Made by a program: the position numbers and the translations under genes. Below are positions 9,437-18,486 of a stretch of DNA of 40,000 bases, in pieces. The notes beneath the pieces were generated by a model. The model searched no databases, was not told where the DNA came from, and worked only from the letters and a program-made list of their open reading frames with translations. The stretch is from Serratia phage Moabite: sequence record MK994515.1; one strand, given 5' to 3'. How positions within the stretch are numbered: the stretch's first letter is position 1; each line of letters begins with the position of its first letter.

Positions 9437-10084
9437 ATGTCTGATACTCGTAAGCCGACTAAGATCCTGAGCATGGGTAAGCTCGTAGTAGAAGAGCAAA
9501 TGGTTCGTGTGGTCGATATTAATCTTCTGGATCAAAACGGTGCACAGCGTCCGGATATGGAAGCATTCAATCCAGCCTTCGGCTTCACTAAAGATCCGGT
9601 AGTATTCCAGAACCCAATGGCAATGTTCGGTTGCGCCAGCTCTATCGAAGAGCTGAACGAGGCGATTAAACCTCACTACGAAAACCTGCCGTGGGAACTG
9701 TTCGAACTGATCGCTACCTTCAGCGAGACGTTCCGTATCTCCATCATGGTGAGCGCTAACAAAACGATCACCGCGCTGCTGGAAAGCAACGAAAGCACCA
9801 CGCTGGCCTGGTGGGTACCTAACCAGGGCGTGATCTATACTTCCTCTACCGATCGGGTACAGGCGATTCAACGTCGTCCGCTCAACCCATCGGAAGTTCT
9901 GTATGCATTCAGCATTGCGTTGGCACAGCTCGGTATCGGCGCGCCAGCGGTTAGCATCTCTCGTACTGAAGACAACGAAGGCGTAGCGGTTACTTATATC
10001 GACCAGGAAATGGCGATGAGCAACCCAGGTGCGTGTCGTATCTCTTTCGTGTTCCCATCCATGGCCACGGAAGTAAAACACTAA
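9437..10084 (+). CDS. Hypothetical protein, 215 aa
   Basis: ORF with GGGAAGAG Shine-Dalgarno; terminator follows. Confidence 0.85.
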   Translation: MSDTRKPTKILSMGKLVVEEQMVRVVDINLLDQNGAQRPDMEAFNPAFGFTKDPVVFQNPMAMFGCASSIEELNEAIKPHYENLPWELFELIATFSETFRISIMVSANKTITALLESNESTTLAWWVPNQGVIYTSSTDRVQAIQRRPLNPSEVLYAFSIALAQLGIGAPAVSISRTEDNEGVAVTYIDQEMAMSNPGACRISFVFPSMATEVKH

Positions 10085-10096
10085 TTCATTCGACAT

Positions 10097-10119
10097 GAGG
10101 GAGTTCGCTCCCTCTTTTT
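10097..10119 (+). terminator. Rho-independent terminator with UUCG tetraloop
   Basis: GAGGGAG-TTCG-CTCCCTC-TTTTT. Confidence 0.9.
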
Positions 10120-10204
10120 GTACAGGAGGATATAAACGCGAAGTGGTAACACTCTCCTCTCGCCAAGGTACTCGTTAAACACGACTACTTGAGGAAAAAA
10201 GAAC

Positions 10205-10873
10205 ATGCGCATGGTATTCTGGACTCTTGTCCTTTGCTTGGTAACATTCAGTTTCCCAGCAACCGCATCTGTATCCGTGAACCAGGCCGGTTGGAATAAA
10301 CACAAAACCGTCTTGCTTTCTACGTCCAAACGTACGGACGTAAACATGATGGATCTAGTCATTTTGGCTAGCATCGAATCAACTATGGGTCAAAACCGTC
10401 ATAACCGTTCCAGCTCCGCCGCAGGTCTGTTTGGGTTCACCGACAGTACGTGGCGTGTAATGGTTAAGCGTTACGGTAAACAGTACGGCATTCGACCTGG
10501 TACAAGTAAACAAAACCCGCGAGCCAACGCTTTGATGGCTGCGGAATACATCAAGGAAAATCAACGATATCTTGAGAAGCAACTTCACCGTAAAGTCGGT
10601 ATCGAAGAAATCTACATGGCTCACTTGCTCGGGCCTGGAGACGCTGTCAAGATCCTCAAAGCGCGTAACAACCGTTACGCTTCTTCCGTAACGCCTAGTG
10701 CTGCTCGGGGCAATAAAGCGTTCTTCTACGATAAAGGACGTGCCCGTACTGTAGCAGGATTTAAGCAATACGTTCATTCGAAAGTTAACAGCCACCGCAA
10801 AGCTTATAAAAGCGAAGTGGTTCTCTTAGCTTACAAACATCAACTCCCCCTAACTTTAGCTGACGCAACTTAA
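10205..10873 (+). CDS. Signal-peptide-bearing SLT-type lytic transglycosylase (endolysin candidate)
   Basis: Hydrophobic N-terminal signal MRMVFWTLVLCLVTFSFPATASVS; SLT-like ASIESTMGQNRHNRSSSAAGLFGFTDSTW. Confidence 0.8.
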   Translation: MRMVFWTLVLCLVTFSFPATASVSVNQAGWNKHKTVLLSTSKRTDVNMMDLVILASIESTMGQNRHNRSSSAAGLFGFTDSTWRVMVKRYGKQYGIRPGTSKQNPRANALMAAEYIKENQRYLEKQLHRKVGIEEIYMAHLLGPGDAVKILKARNNRYASSVTPSAARGNKAFFYDKGRARTVAGFKQYVHSKVNSHRKAYKSEVVLLAYKHQLPLTLADAT

Positions 10874-10916
10874 GCGTTCCGGGAATAACGAAGTGACCAT
10901 GGCGAGAGTAACTCAT

Positions 10917-10946
10917 CCTTTCCTCTAGTTAATTCTAGAGGAAAGG
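10917..10946. repeat. Perfect 12-bp inverted repeat hairpin without U-tract
   Basis: CCTTTCCTCTAG-TTAATT-CTAGAGGAAAGG. Confidence 0.7.
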
Positions 10947-10982
10947 GATCTATTCACTATTTTGTTAAAACAAGGAAACAAA

Positions 10983-11507
10983 ATGATTCACTATTCTCTG
11001 ACTTTTCCATGTGGTTTGATCGAACGTGTCTCTAAGAAAGGAGATGCAACTATCGTCACTGCTAATATCGCCAAGGGGAATTTCCACTTTAACGTACGCG
11101 GTGTTCGGGTCTACGATTCTTCCGTAGATAAGAAGCTCCCTAAGGAACATAAGGCTGCTATCGAGAAGTGTGAGCTCTACGGAGTTTGGCTGCATGTTCA
11201 GAAACACGGCGTGCCTCCAAAGGTTCAGTTCTTCTCCGACCTGCCGTATTACTTAGACGACTCGAAAGAGTTCCCTAAGTTCGTTCAGAGTTTCTGTGGT
11301 AAAGATGCCTCTGTGGTCGAGCTCTATTTCAAGCCAGGTTATGACGATGACCTTTTCAAGTCTATCGTAGAGGCCGCAGGTCGACCGGTACCTTACCTCA
11401 ACCCGATTAACCGACCTACGCTTTATGATGCGTTGACTTTCGACGTATTCGCGTCAGCGTTCAATCCTCGTGAACTTAAACAAAACATGTCTCGTGCAAA
11501 AGGATAA
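10983..11507 (+). CDS. Hypothetical protein, 174 aa
   Basis: ATG at 10983 preceded by AAGGAAAC. Confidence 0.75.
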   Translation: MIHYSLTFPCGLIERVSKKGDATIVTANIAKGNFHFNVRGVRVYDSSVDKKLPKEHKAAIEKCELYGVWLHVQKHGVPPKVQFFSDLPYYLDDSKEFPKFVQSFCGKDASVVELYFKPGYDDDLFKSIVEAAGRPVPYLNPINRPTLYDALTFDVFASAFNPRELKQNMSRAKG

Positions 11508-11513
11508 CTGAAA

Positions 11514-12122
11514 ATGAAAACTGATTATATCCAAGTCTTTAACTCCGGCTCAGTAAACGTTGAATCTCGCAGAGTAGGCAACGACCAACTCCATTATGTC
11601 ATTCGCATTGATGGTGGCGTTCAGGTTACATTCACCTCCGTAAAACTTCCACTGACCTTCGTACTCGAGCGAGCTTATATCCTGCACTACTACGAAAACT
11701 ATGGTGGTTCTAACTATTGGAAGAAAGCGGTCCCTTCTGCTATCGCGGAAGCCCTTCGTACCATCAGCACTACTCATCTGGTCGGGGAAGTTTATCTCGA
11801 TACTTTCAAGCGTCTGATCGTTTCCGGCCAGGGTCGTTTGAACATTCCCCACATGGTGAGGGAAGTTGCTAAGTTGATCGATATGGGTACCGAAGATTTT
11901 ACTGTTAGGGTACAACGTTTCGAACTGAGTACCGACAGCAAGTTCCAGGTAATTCAAACTCTGTCAGCGGTATTCGATTTCGGCGAAGATCATTTCCGAC
12001 CGACCAAAACGGTCACCTTTACTCGCGTCGTTCCACAAGGCGCTTATCCGTTTAATTACCAAGAATTGGCTCAAGCTATGCGCGCTGAAGTCAATTTAGT
12101 TATCCGTGACATCAACGGCTAA
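11514..12122 (+). CDS. Hypothetical protein, 202 aa
   Basis: Long ORF, closely spaced. Confidence 0.8.
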   Translation: MKTDYIQVFNSGSVNVESRRVGNDQLHYVIRIDGGVQVTFTSVKLPLTFVLERAYILHYYENYGGSNYWKKAVPSAIAEALRTISTTHLVGEVYLDTFKRLIVSGQGRLNIPHMVREVAKLIDMGTEDFTVRVQRFELSTDSKFQVIQTLSAVFDFGEDHFRPTKTVTFTRVVPQGAYPFNYQELAQAMRAEVNLVIRDING

Positions 12123-12135
12123 ATAACAACATACT

Positions 12136-12161
12136 CGCCTAGGGAATTCCCTAGGCGTTTT
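12136..12161 (+). terminator. Terminator from a perfect palindrome
   Basis: CGCCTAGGG-AATT-CCCTAGGCG followed by TTTTA. Confidence 0.65.
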
Positions 12162-12182
12162 ATACCGTATATCGGAGTAGTC

Positions 12183-12761
12183 ATGAAAGATTCAATTAAG
12201 CACGCGTTTCGTACCATACTTGAAACATACCGTACTGAGATAGAGCCATCTCGAGTCATTAGCGACCATGGCGGTATTGCCTTATTCCACCAATTTGAAA
12301 CTGATTTACCAGAAGAACACATCCATACGGCTGCATTGATTAACATTACAGATCACGTAGATCTCTTCGACATTGATCCTCTACGTGGTATCTGCCTACC
12401 CTGTGCATTATTCGTTACTGCCTATATGCAGGATGTTTACGGGTATGGCGTAGTTAGGCAGGATCTTAAAGTACCGAATGAAGACTTCAGTGATTCGGTA
12501 TTCCTTCACACTTTCATCTTGGAAGACGGTCTGCACTTCGATACATGTTACGTCGAGGGTCTGCGCTATATCCACGATCACCCTTTACTGCGCCAATTCG
12601 ATGAAGATGAGGATTGGTGGTTATCATTCTCGGATACTAAAGAAGATTATGGTATTATCCATAAGGGTACGGAACTTAGTGACTTCTTCGTTAAATGCGC
12701 TGATTTGATCTACCCTGCCGCGTGCTCCCGTACGGAATTCAAAAAGATATTCCTTAACTAA
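12183..12761 (+). CDS. Hypothetical protein, 192 aa
   Basis: ORF with CGGAG Shine-Dalgarno. Confidence 0.8.
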   Translation: MKDSIKHAFRTILETYRTEIEPSRVISDHGGIALFHQFETDLPEEHIHTAALINITDHVDLFDIDPLRGICLPCALFVTAYMQDVYGYGVVRQDLKVPNEDFSDSVFLHTFILEDGLHFDTCYVEGLRYIHDHPLLRQFDEDEDWWLSFSDTKEDYGIIHKGTELSDFFVKCADLIYPAACSRTEFKKIFLN

Positions 12762-12850
12762 GTTACGTAAAAAATAAACTCATCATCGTAGTCTATGTAC
12801 GGGATTCTCTTTAGAGTATCCTTTAGTTCATTAACGAAGAGAGATTTCTC

Positions 12851-13450
12851 ATGGCTAAAAGTAATGAGAATGAAGTAGCGTTCTTCTTCCAGATTACGCC
12901 CGAAACACGGCAGACTCTGTTGGAGACACCAGACTACCTCATCATCACTCAGTCGGAAATCCAAACCGTAGCCGACAACGGCCTGCGGTTAACTAACCGT
13001 GTTCGTCGTACCGAAGCTGTTCAGGCTAAGACCTCAGTTGGGGTTGTGTTTGAGTGCGCGACTAAATATCGGTTCCCTGGTAAACCCGGCGATATGACTT
13101 CTCGTTGTCTGGAACGTGAATTCCAAGTTAGCGAAGAAGAATACGAACTTGCGTTGCCTTTTGGTGAGCGAGTTTACCACAAGCGTCGTTTCTCATTCAA
13201 CTTAGCTGGATTTGAAGCAGACCTTGACTGGTTCGTCGAGAAAGAGTCTAACGACTTCGGCGAATGGGTTAAACTGGATATCAATGTTCCTGAGGAAGGC
13301 ATCACTGACAGTAAGCTCTATCAGTTACTGACTAAGTTGCCGCAATCAGGCATCACTATTGCAAACCTGATTAACCCACCTGGTATTTACAACGAACGTA
13401 TCAAATCCACTATTAGTGACCTGATGCAGAATACCTGGAACCTGGCATAA
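12851..13450 (+). CDS. Hypothetical protein, 199 aa
   Basis: ORF with GAAGAGAG Shine-Dalgarno. Confidence 0.8.
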   Translation: MAKSNENEVAFFFQITPETRQTLLETPDYLIITQSEIQTVADNGLRLTNRVRRTEAVQAKTSVGVVFECATKYRFPGKPGDMTSRCLEREFQVSEEEYELALPFGERVYHKRRFSFNLAGFEADLDWFVEKESNDFGEWVKLDINVPEEGITDSKLYQLLTKLPQSGITIANLINPPGIYNERIKSTISDLMQNTWNLA

Positions 13451-13520
13451 AGCCAACCGCACGGCGTAGGGGAATTCCTCTACGCCAAAACACCCATTTA
13501 TTTTTGAGGAGTATATCTCC

Positions 13521-13961
13521 ATGCGCAAACAATGTATTATTTGTAACGTAACCTTCGATCTTTCCCAATTCATGCGTGACGGTAAAGAACATGCCGATTG
13601 CAATGGTTGCAACTGCTTCCAAAAAGCGAAGCCTGCTGCCAAAGTATTTGAACGTGTTACTGAGGTAAAAGATACCTGCAAGTGCCCGACGTGTTTAGAA
13701 GAGAAATCGATTAAAGAGTTCACAAAGGACTACAAGGTATATCGTTATTGCAATACCTGTCGTACCGAAGCACTCGAAAAACGAAGTGCAAAAAACAAAG
13801 AACTCTTGGGTGCATTCGCGCCCAAATCTCAAACGCTTTGCCGCTGTTATCGTTGCGGTCGCATTAGTGCCACAACGAGTGGAGATTTTAAAATATCAAC
13901 AACCTCCGAAACAGGGTATAGCTTTTACTGTTATACGGTTTGTAAAGGGAGACGTGGATGA
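13521..13961 (+). CDS. Multi zinc-ribbon-like small protein, 146 aa
   Basis: Repeated CxxC modules: CIIC...CNGC, CPTC...CNTC, CYRC...C; GAGGAG Shine-Dalgarno. Confidence 0.75.
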   Translation: MRKQCIICNVTFDLSQFMRDGKEHADCNGCNCFQKAKPAAKVFERVTEVKDTCKCPTCLEEKSIKEFTKDYKVYRYCNTCRTEALEKRSAKNKELLGAFAPKSQTLCRCYRCGRISATTSGDFKISTTSETGYSFYCYTVCKGRRG

Positions 13962-14419
13962 AAGTCACCGTTAAACTTTCTGAAGGTATTGTTCAGAACG
14001 TTTCAGTGATCGATGATAGTAACGACGTAGTGCTGAACATCGCCCGTCGTTCCTCGGTAGCCAGACATTGTTTAATCGTTGGTACCAAAGACGGTTTACA
14101 AGTTTACCGCATTACTCGTACGCAGGCTGGTCGTAAGTTACCGATCCGCCCACTACTTAATCTCATCGAAGAAGATCTGAAAAGCCACTATAACTTAATG
14201 TTCCGTGGCGTATGCTGGGGTAAGCCGTCCTACTCTGTTTACAATGGCGTTAACCACTTCGTACTCAATACCTGTTTTATTAGTACCTGGGAAGGCGAAA
14301 TCACCGAAGTCTTTAAAGAGACTCTGGAAAAGGCTGGGCTAGACACAGTTCCCAAAGCTGGACTTGTCGAGTTCATCAAGTACTTTACCTTCCAAACACC
14401 TGAGCCAGAAGAAGAATAG
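13958..14419 (+). CDS. Hypothetical protein, 153 aa
   Basis: ATGA-coupled to the upstream gene; terminator follows. Confidence 0.75.
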   Translation: MKVTVKLSEGIVQNVSVIDDSNDVVLNIARRSSVARHCLIVGTKDGLQVYRITRTQAGRKLPIRPLLNLIEEDLKSHYNLMFRGVCWGKPSYSVYNGVNHFVLNTCFISTWEGEITEVFKETLEKAGLDTVPKAGLVEFIKYFTFQTPEPEEE

Positions 14420-14425
14420 AGAGAG

Positions 14426-14455
14426 CCTCTGCACACTTTGTGTGCAGAGGTTTTT
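14426..14455 (+). terminator. Rho-independent terminator
   Basis: CCTCTGCACAC-TTT-GTGTGCAGAGG-TTTTT. Confidence 0.9.
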
Positions 14456-14494
14456 CTTTCTGTTACCCTCTTTTCTTTTTTGTTAGGAGTGCCC

Positions 14495-15301
14495 ATGGAA
14501 CAAGTCACCTCAGCTATACCTGAGTCTACTGTAGATGAAAACAAGTATGCCATGACCTTCATGCTTTCTTTCAAACCAGAGAATGTAACACCTGGGTCAT
14601 TGATTATCGACTTGTATGCCAATGGGGAAACTTACCCCGTACTGCTCTCTGTACCGCTGGGCTATGAAGTTCCATTTGAGAACACCGGGGACGTTAAGAA
14701 GATTATTGAAACGTTGATGAAAGGTGGCGCTAAGTTCACGGATGATTGGAGGATTGTTTCTACTTTCCTGGTCCACAAGGTCAGCCTCATCGACGATATG
14801 TATCGCTTTGAGTTTGGTGAAGTCGTTTGCGTTCCACACGTAGACGAAGATGGGTTCGTTAGCGACTATCAGGTTTTGGCTGACGATACTGAACTCGATA
14901 TGTCGGTTCACCGTATTGATCGTCATCTCATTGTTGTTCACGATAAAGTCAACAGTGAAGATATTACCGTCCACATGGTGACTGAAGATCAACCGGTTAA
15001 AACTGGAGACTGTATCGCTACAATCTTTGATATCGATACCAAGGAGAACTTCATCTACAACCTTTACAACTACAAACGTAAAGACGATGAAGAAAAGACC
15101 AACTACATCTGCGCCATGGTTTGGTTGACTCAAACTCAATCACTTGGTCAGTTTAGTTTCATGACAGGTAACTTCAGTTTGGCTAAGAGCGACTTAGGTG
15201 ATATTGACCCAGGTTACCTTGCAGCGACGGTAACAGAACCAGACGGAACTGAGTACGATTTCGAAATTCCTAAAGAGCACTATATCGCCTCACTTCACTA
15301 A
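14495..15301 (+). CDS. Hypothetical protein, 268 aa (ATG at 14495)
   Basis: GGAG before the ATG at 14495; long ORF. Confidence 0.8.
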   Translation: MEQVTSAIPESTVDENKYAMTFMLSFKPENVTPGSLIIDLYANGETYPVLLSVPLGYEVPFENTGDVKKIIETLMKGGAKFTDDWRIVSTFLVHKVSLIDDMYRFEFGEVVCVPHVDEDGFVSDYQVLADDTELDMSVHRIDRHLIVVHDKVNSEDITVHMVTEDQPVKTGDCIATIFDIDTKENFIYNLYNYKRKDDEEKTNYICAMVWLTQTQSLGQFSFMTGNFSLAKSDLGDIDPGYLAATVTEPDGTEYDFEIPKEHYIASLH

Positions 15302-15311
15302 AACAAAATAG

Positions 15312-15333
15312 GTAGGAGGGTTTCCCCTCCTAC
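15312..15333. terminator. Hairpin between convergent genes, likely terminator
   Basis: GTAGGAGGG-TTTC-CCCTCCTAC; T-rich flank on the minus-strand side. Confidence 0.6.
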
Positions 15334-15341
15334 TTGTGACC

Positions 15342-16175
15342 TTACATGAATCCGCCGATAAGGTTTCGGTAATAGTTCCCAGCTGCACTGGCATCCGAAA
15401 GGAAGTTGACAGCTTGCCATTCTTCCCTGAAGTATTCTTTATAGAGCTCTGCTGCATCCGAGTATCCGTCGACGAACTCTTGGATGACTGGCATTTCACT
15501 ACCACCTTCCAAGTAGCCCTGATTAAGACTTACCTTCAGATTATTATAGATCCATGCTTTCGTTGCATAGACGCACAGCTGAACAAATTGTGGAACAGCC
15601 CTAGGTGGCAGGGTATTCATATCAGCGTCATGGGAAACACGGCAGGTAATAGAGCCTTGTTTAACAGAACCCATGTAGTCCGTGATGAGAATCGTATTCT
15701 CACCAATCAGACGGACAGCTGCTGAACCCGTAAGACCACCTGGGGCGGCGGAGGTGAGGATTTTAGATGCGTAGTTCATCAACTGGGAGTTACCACAGTT
15801 GTTCATCGAGTAGTCGTTGTTCAACGTACCACCGATCATGGTTTGTGCACCCAGGTTATACGTATAGTTGAAGTACAACGTTTCAACAATAGTACGACCC
15901 TGAGTTAAACGTTTAGGGATACGTACCACGGTACGATAGTCACCAGTTGGATCAGGGATTACTTCCGCTTGAGCTAATGGGATGTTAATCTCAAGAGCAC
16001 CGAGAAGGTTACAATCTGCCCTGACTTTCGCATCGATAACTTTGTTACGGATCTCCCAGTCCAATGACCCCGGAGAGATTCGTTCCCTTCCTCGTTTACC
16101 GAGAAATGCTATTTCAAGGACATCGGTTGGAATTTCAAACCGAATATCCGAGATAACTTTATGAAGGACTGACAT
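15342..16175 (-). CDS. Hypothetical protein, 277 aa (possible virion protein)
   Basis: Long minus-strand ORF; lone reversed gene next to phuZ. Confidence 0.85.
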   Translation of the reverse strand: MSVLHKVISDIRFEIPTDVLEIAFLGKRGRERISPGSLDWEIRNKVIDAKVRADCNLLGALEINIPLAQAEVIPDPTGDYRTVVRIPKRLTQGRTIVETLYFNYTYNLGAQTMIGGTLNNDYSMNNCGNSQLMNYASKILTSAAPGGLTGSAAVRLIGENTILITDYMGSVKQGSITCRVSHDADMNTLPPRAVPQFVQLCVYATKAWIYNNLKVSLNQGYLEGGSEMPVIQEFVDGYSDAAELYKEYFREEWQAVNFLSDASAAGNYYRNLIGGFM

Positions 16176-16199
16176 GGGCTACCTCCTAGTAGGATCCGT

Positions 16200-16216
16200 C
16201 AGGTTATTTTTTACAT
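16200..16216 (-). promoter_or_regulatory. Candidate late-type promoter element (ATGTAAAAAATAACCTGAC)
   Basis: Nearly identical to the element upstream of the minus-strand gene starting at 25453. Confidence 0.4.
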
Positions 16217-16281
16217 CTCTTCTGAAGATGTGTAGCAATTACACAGATAAAGTAGTTTTTTCTTATCAGTAGTGAGGAAAT

Positions 16282-17244
16282 ATGCAAACTCGTAATAGCG
16301 TCTCTATCTATGGTTGTGGCGGTGCCGGTATCGACCTGGTAAACCGTCTGCTCGATCAAGACCTCAGTGGTCTGGCTTATGTCAACGCTGCCTTCGTAGA
16401 CAGCAGCAAATCCAACTTCAACGGCCGCTACGATCCTAAGACGTGTTACGTCCTGGAAGGCGTAGATGGCTCCGGTAAAGAGCGTTCGATCAACTACCCT
16501 CTGATCGCTCGTGCAGTAGACGATGTTCTGCTGTCACACAAACCATCCGACCTGAACATCCTGGTCTTCTCTGCATCCGGCGGTACTGGTTCAGTATTCT
16601 CACTGAAAATCGCCGAAGCGCTGTGGGAACAAAACAAAGCCGTTCTGCTGTTCGTCGTCGGTTCGACCGAAAGCGGTAAAACCACCGGTAACGTTCTGGA
16701 TACTCTGTATTCGATCGATACCATGGCTCGGAAGAAAAACGTCTCTGCGGTTGTCTACTACGACACCAATGGCAGCAACGTCCGTAACTCTGAAGTCGAC
16801 ATCAACATGCTGACCGGTATGCGTTGGATCCTGGATCTCTACGCAGGTACTCACCACGGCCTTGATAGCGCCGATGTTCTCAACTGGGCTCGTCCTACTA
16901 GCGGCGCCAAAGTAACACCTCAGCTCTGCCTGCTGGACATCACCGAAGATCGCAACGAAGCGATCGAAATCGAAGCACCAATCTCTGTTGCTGAACTGCA
17001 CGGTGACGACTATCGTGGTGAAGGTACTATCGCCGCTGACTACAGCGCGTATGGTAACCGTCGCGAAAGTGGTAAAGGTTCTCTGTACTTCAGCATCTAC
17101 ACCCATGGCCTGGGTTCGCTGATGGATGAACTGAAAACCATCAAGGACGATTACGAGCGTCGTAAGGCCTCTCGTGAGAAACTGACTTCTTCTGTAATGA
17201 AGAACTCTGGGCCGTCCGAAGACGACGGGATGTTTTTCTCCTAA
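16282..17244 (+). CDS. phuZ: Tubulin/FtsZ-like phage cytoskeletal protein PhuZ
   Basis: 320 aa; N-terminal SIYGCGGAGIDLVN, tubulin signature FSASGGTGSVF, acidic tail SEDDGMFFS. Confidence 0.93.
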   Translation: MQTRNSVSIYGCGGAGIDLVNRLLDQDLSGLAYVNAAFVDSSKSNFNGRYDPKTCYVLEGVDGSGKERSINYPLIARAVDDVLLSHKPSDLNILVFSASGGTGSVFSLKIAEALWEQNKAVLLFVVGSTESGKTTGNVLDTLYSIDTMARKKNVSAVVYYDTNGSNVRNSEVDINMLTGMRWILDLYAGTHHGLDSADVLNWARPTSGAKVTPQLCLLDITEDRNEAIEIEAPISVAELHGDDYRGEGTIAADYSAYGNRRESGKGSLYFSIYTHGLGSLMDELKTIKDDYERRKASREKLTSSVMKNSGPSEDDGMFFS

Positions 17245-17515
17245 TAGTATGTAGAAAACATTCTTCGTGTTTCAAAGTAGTTCAATCTTGATCTTCGGCA
17301 GTTAACGCTGCGCTTGGATTCGGATAAAACTCTGGGCGGGGTTAACCTCCCGCTCCGTTTAACAATTTGGAAAAGGTCTGAAGAAGACCAACCCCTCGCG
17401 GATTAAGTTCCGTACATTAGCCGACTAAATCGTATTCGGCTCTAAACAAGATATACCGCACTATAGATCTGCAAACAAACGTTGAACGATTGAACGCTGT
17501 AGCGTCTTCCTTCCG

Positions 17516-17565
17516 TAGCTATCTCCCTCGGCGACCTTAACCGGTCGTCGGGGAGAGATATGCTA
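17516..17565 (+). ncRNA. Long stable hairpin (about 21 bp), possible processed RNA or boundary element
   Basis: TAGCTATCTCCCTCGGCGACC-TTAACC-GGTCGTCGGGGAGAGATATGCTA pairs nearly end to end with small bulges; T6 follows about 7 nt downstream. Confidence 0.5.
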
Positions 17566-17598
17566 TTATGACTTTTTTGCTCGAAATGATTTCAGAAC

Positions 17599-17617
17599 TA
17601 TATTACTACAATGATAG
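17599..17617 (+). promoter_or_regulatory. Candidate early promoter TATATTACTACAATGATAG
   Basis: AAATGATTTCA-N4-TATATTAC-N3-AATGATAGG, same architecture as the site near 39239. Confidence 0.7.
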
Positions 17618-17731
17618 GAGTTTTATACTCTAGAACTTACTGTATCAAATTGTACGTAGCTTTCACTTATAATGAGGGTAGTTGCTGCACATTTGGTATT
17701 AAATTGAATCTGGTGGATTACAGGGACAATT

Positions 17732-18124
17732 ATGATTGGGCAAACTACAGTAGTAGGTAACGTACCATTGCTGTTACGTTCTATCACGAAACCTTATCCT
17801 TACTTAGTCCATGAGAACACGATCTTCCAATTGATGTTATTCACTTGGTGGAGCGTAGGTGACCTCGGCTGGGCAGAGCAGTTGTATACCTGGGTAATCA
17901 GGACGGGTAAGGATGAGCTTCCTCGAGCAGCCATGCTACTACCGGGAAGGAACCCGGTCGATTACGATAGGATGTTATTCGAGATATTTGATAACGTCTG
18001 TAATCACGAAGACATCCTCACTGACTACATGATCTCGAGCTTCGACCATTATCGACATCTGTACATTGAGGAAATCTATTTTAGGAAAAGGGAATTCACA
18101 CTGAAACTAGCGGTGAGAAAATGA
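17732..18124 (+). CDS. Hypothetical protein A of small-gene cassette, 130 aa
   Basis: ORF; C-terminus LYIEEIYFRKREFTLKLAV. Confidence 0.75.
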   Translation: MIGQTTVVGNVPLLLRSITKPYPYLVHENTIFQLMLFTWWSVGDLGWAEQLYTWVIRTGKDELPRAAMLLPGRNPVDYDRMLFEIFDNVCNHEDILTDYMISSFDHYRHLYIEEIYFRKREFTLKLAVRK

Positions 18125-18486
18125 TTATACTTTACGACATCAGCACGATGATCAGTATAGCGAGAAAGATAGATCCAGAACTGAGCCAAGGAGACTTGCT
18201 TGAAATATTCATATTTTGCATTACGAAAGACAATGATCTAAATTTGGTACATCCGACTTATATTGACGGATCCAACAGAAGAGTAGCTGAGACAGTCAGG
18301 AGATTATGGCGGTTCATGCCAGGTTATAATTTCTTGGATATAGAGGATGTTCAACTCGCTCCATTCGGTCGTGTAGCAATACACGTAGATGAAGAGGAGT
18401 TCTACGACAGAAACCCTAATGCAATCCCTAGGAGTAAGTCATGGAGAGAATATATCGTCTCGACTACCCAATGTCTGTTCAAGTAA
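18121..18486 (+). CDS. Hypothetical protein B, 121 aa
   Basis: ATGA overlap with A; C-terminal part FLDIEDVQLAPFGRVAIHV. Confidence 0.75.
   Translation: MIILYDISTMISIARKIDPELSQGDLLEIFIFCITKDNDLNLVHPTYIDGSNRRVAETVRRLWRFMPGYNFLDIEDVQLAPFGRVAIHVDEEEFYDRNPNAIPRSKSWREYIVSTTQCLFK

Noticed and set aside
9398-10096. 232-aa minus-strand ORF
   Set aside because: Antisense to the 215-aa plus-strand gene, and reaches into the terminator hairpin region.
17300-17460. Possible tRNA suggested by GGCGGGGTTAACCTCCCGC
   Set aside because: No cloverleaf: no TTCRANNC T-loop, acceptor stem or CCA-compatible 3' end could be assembled.
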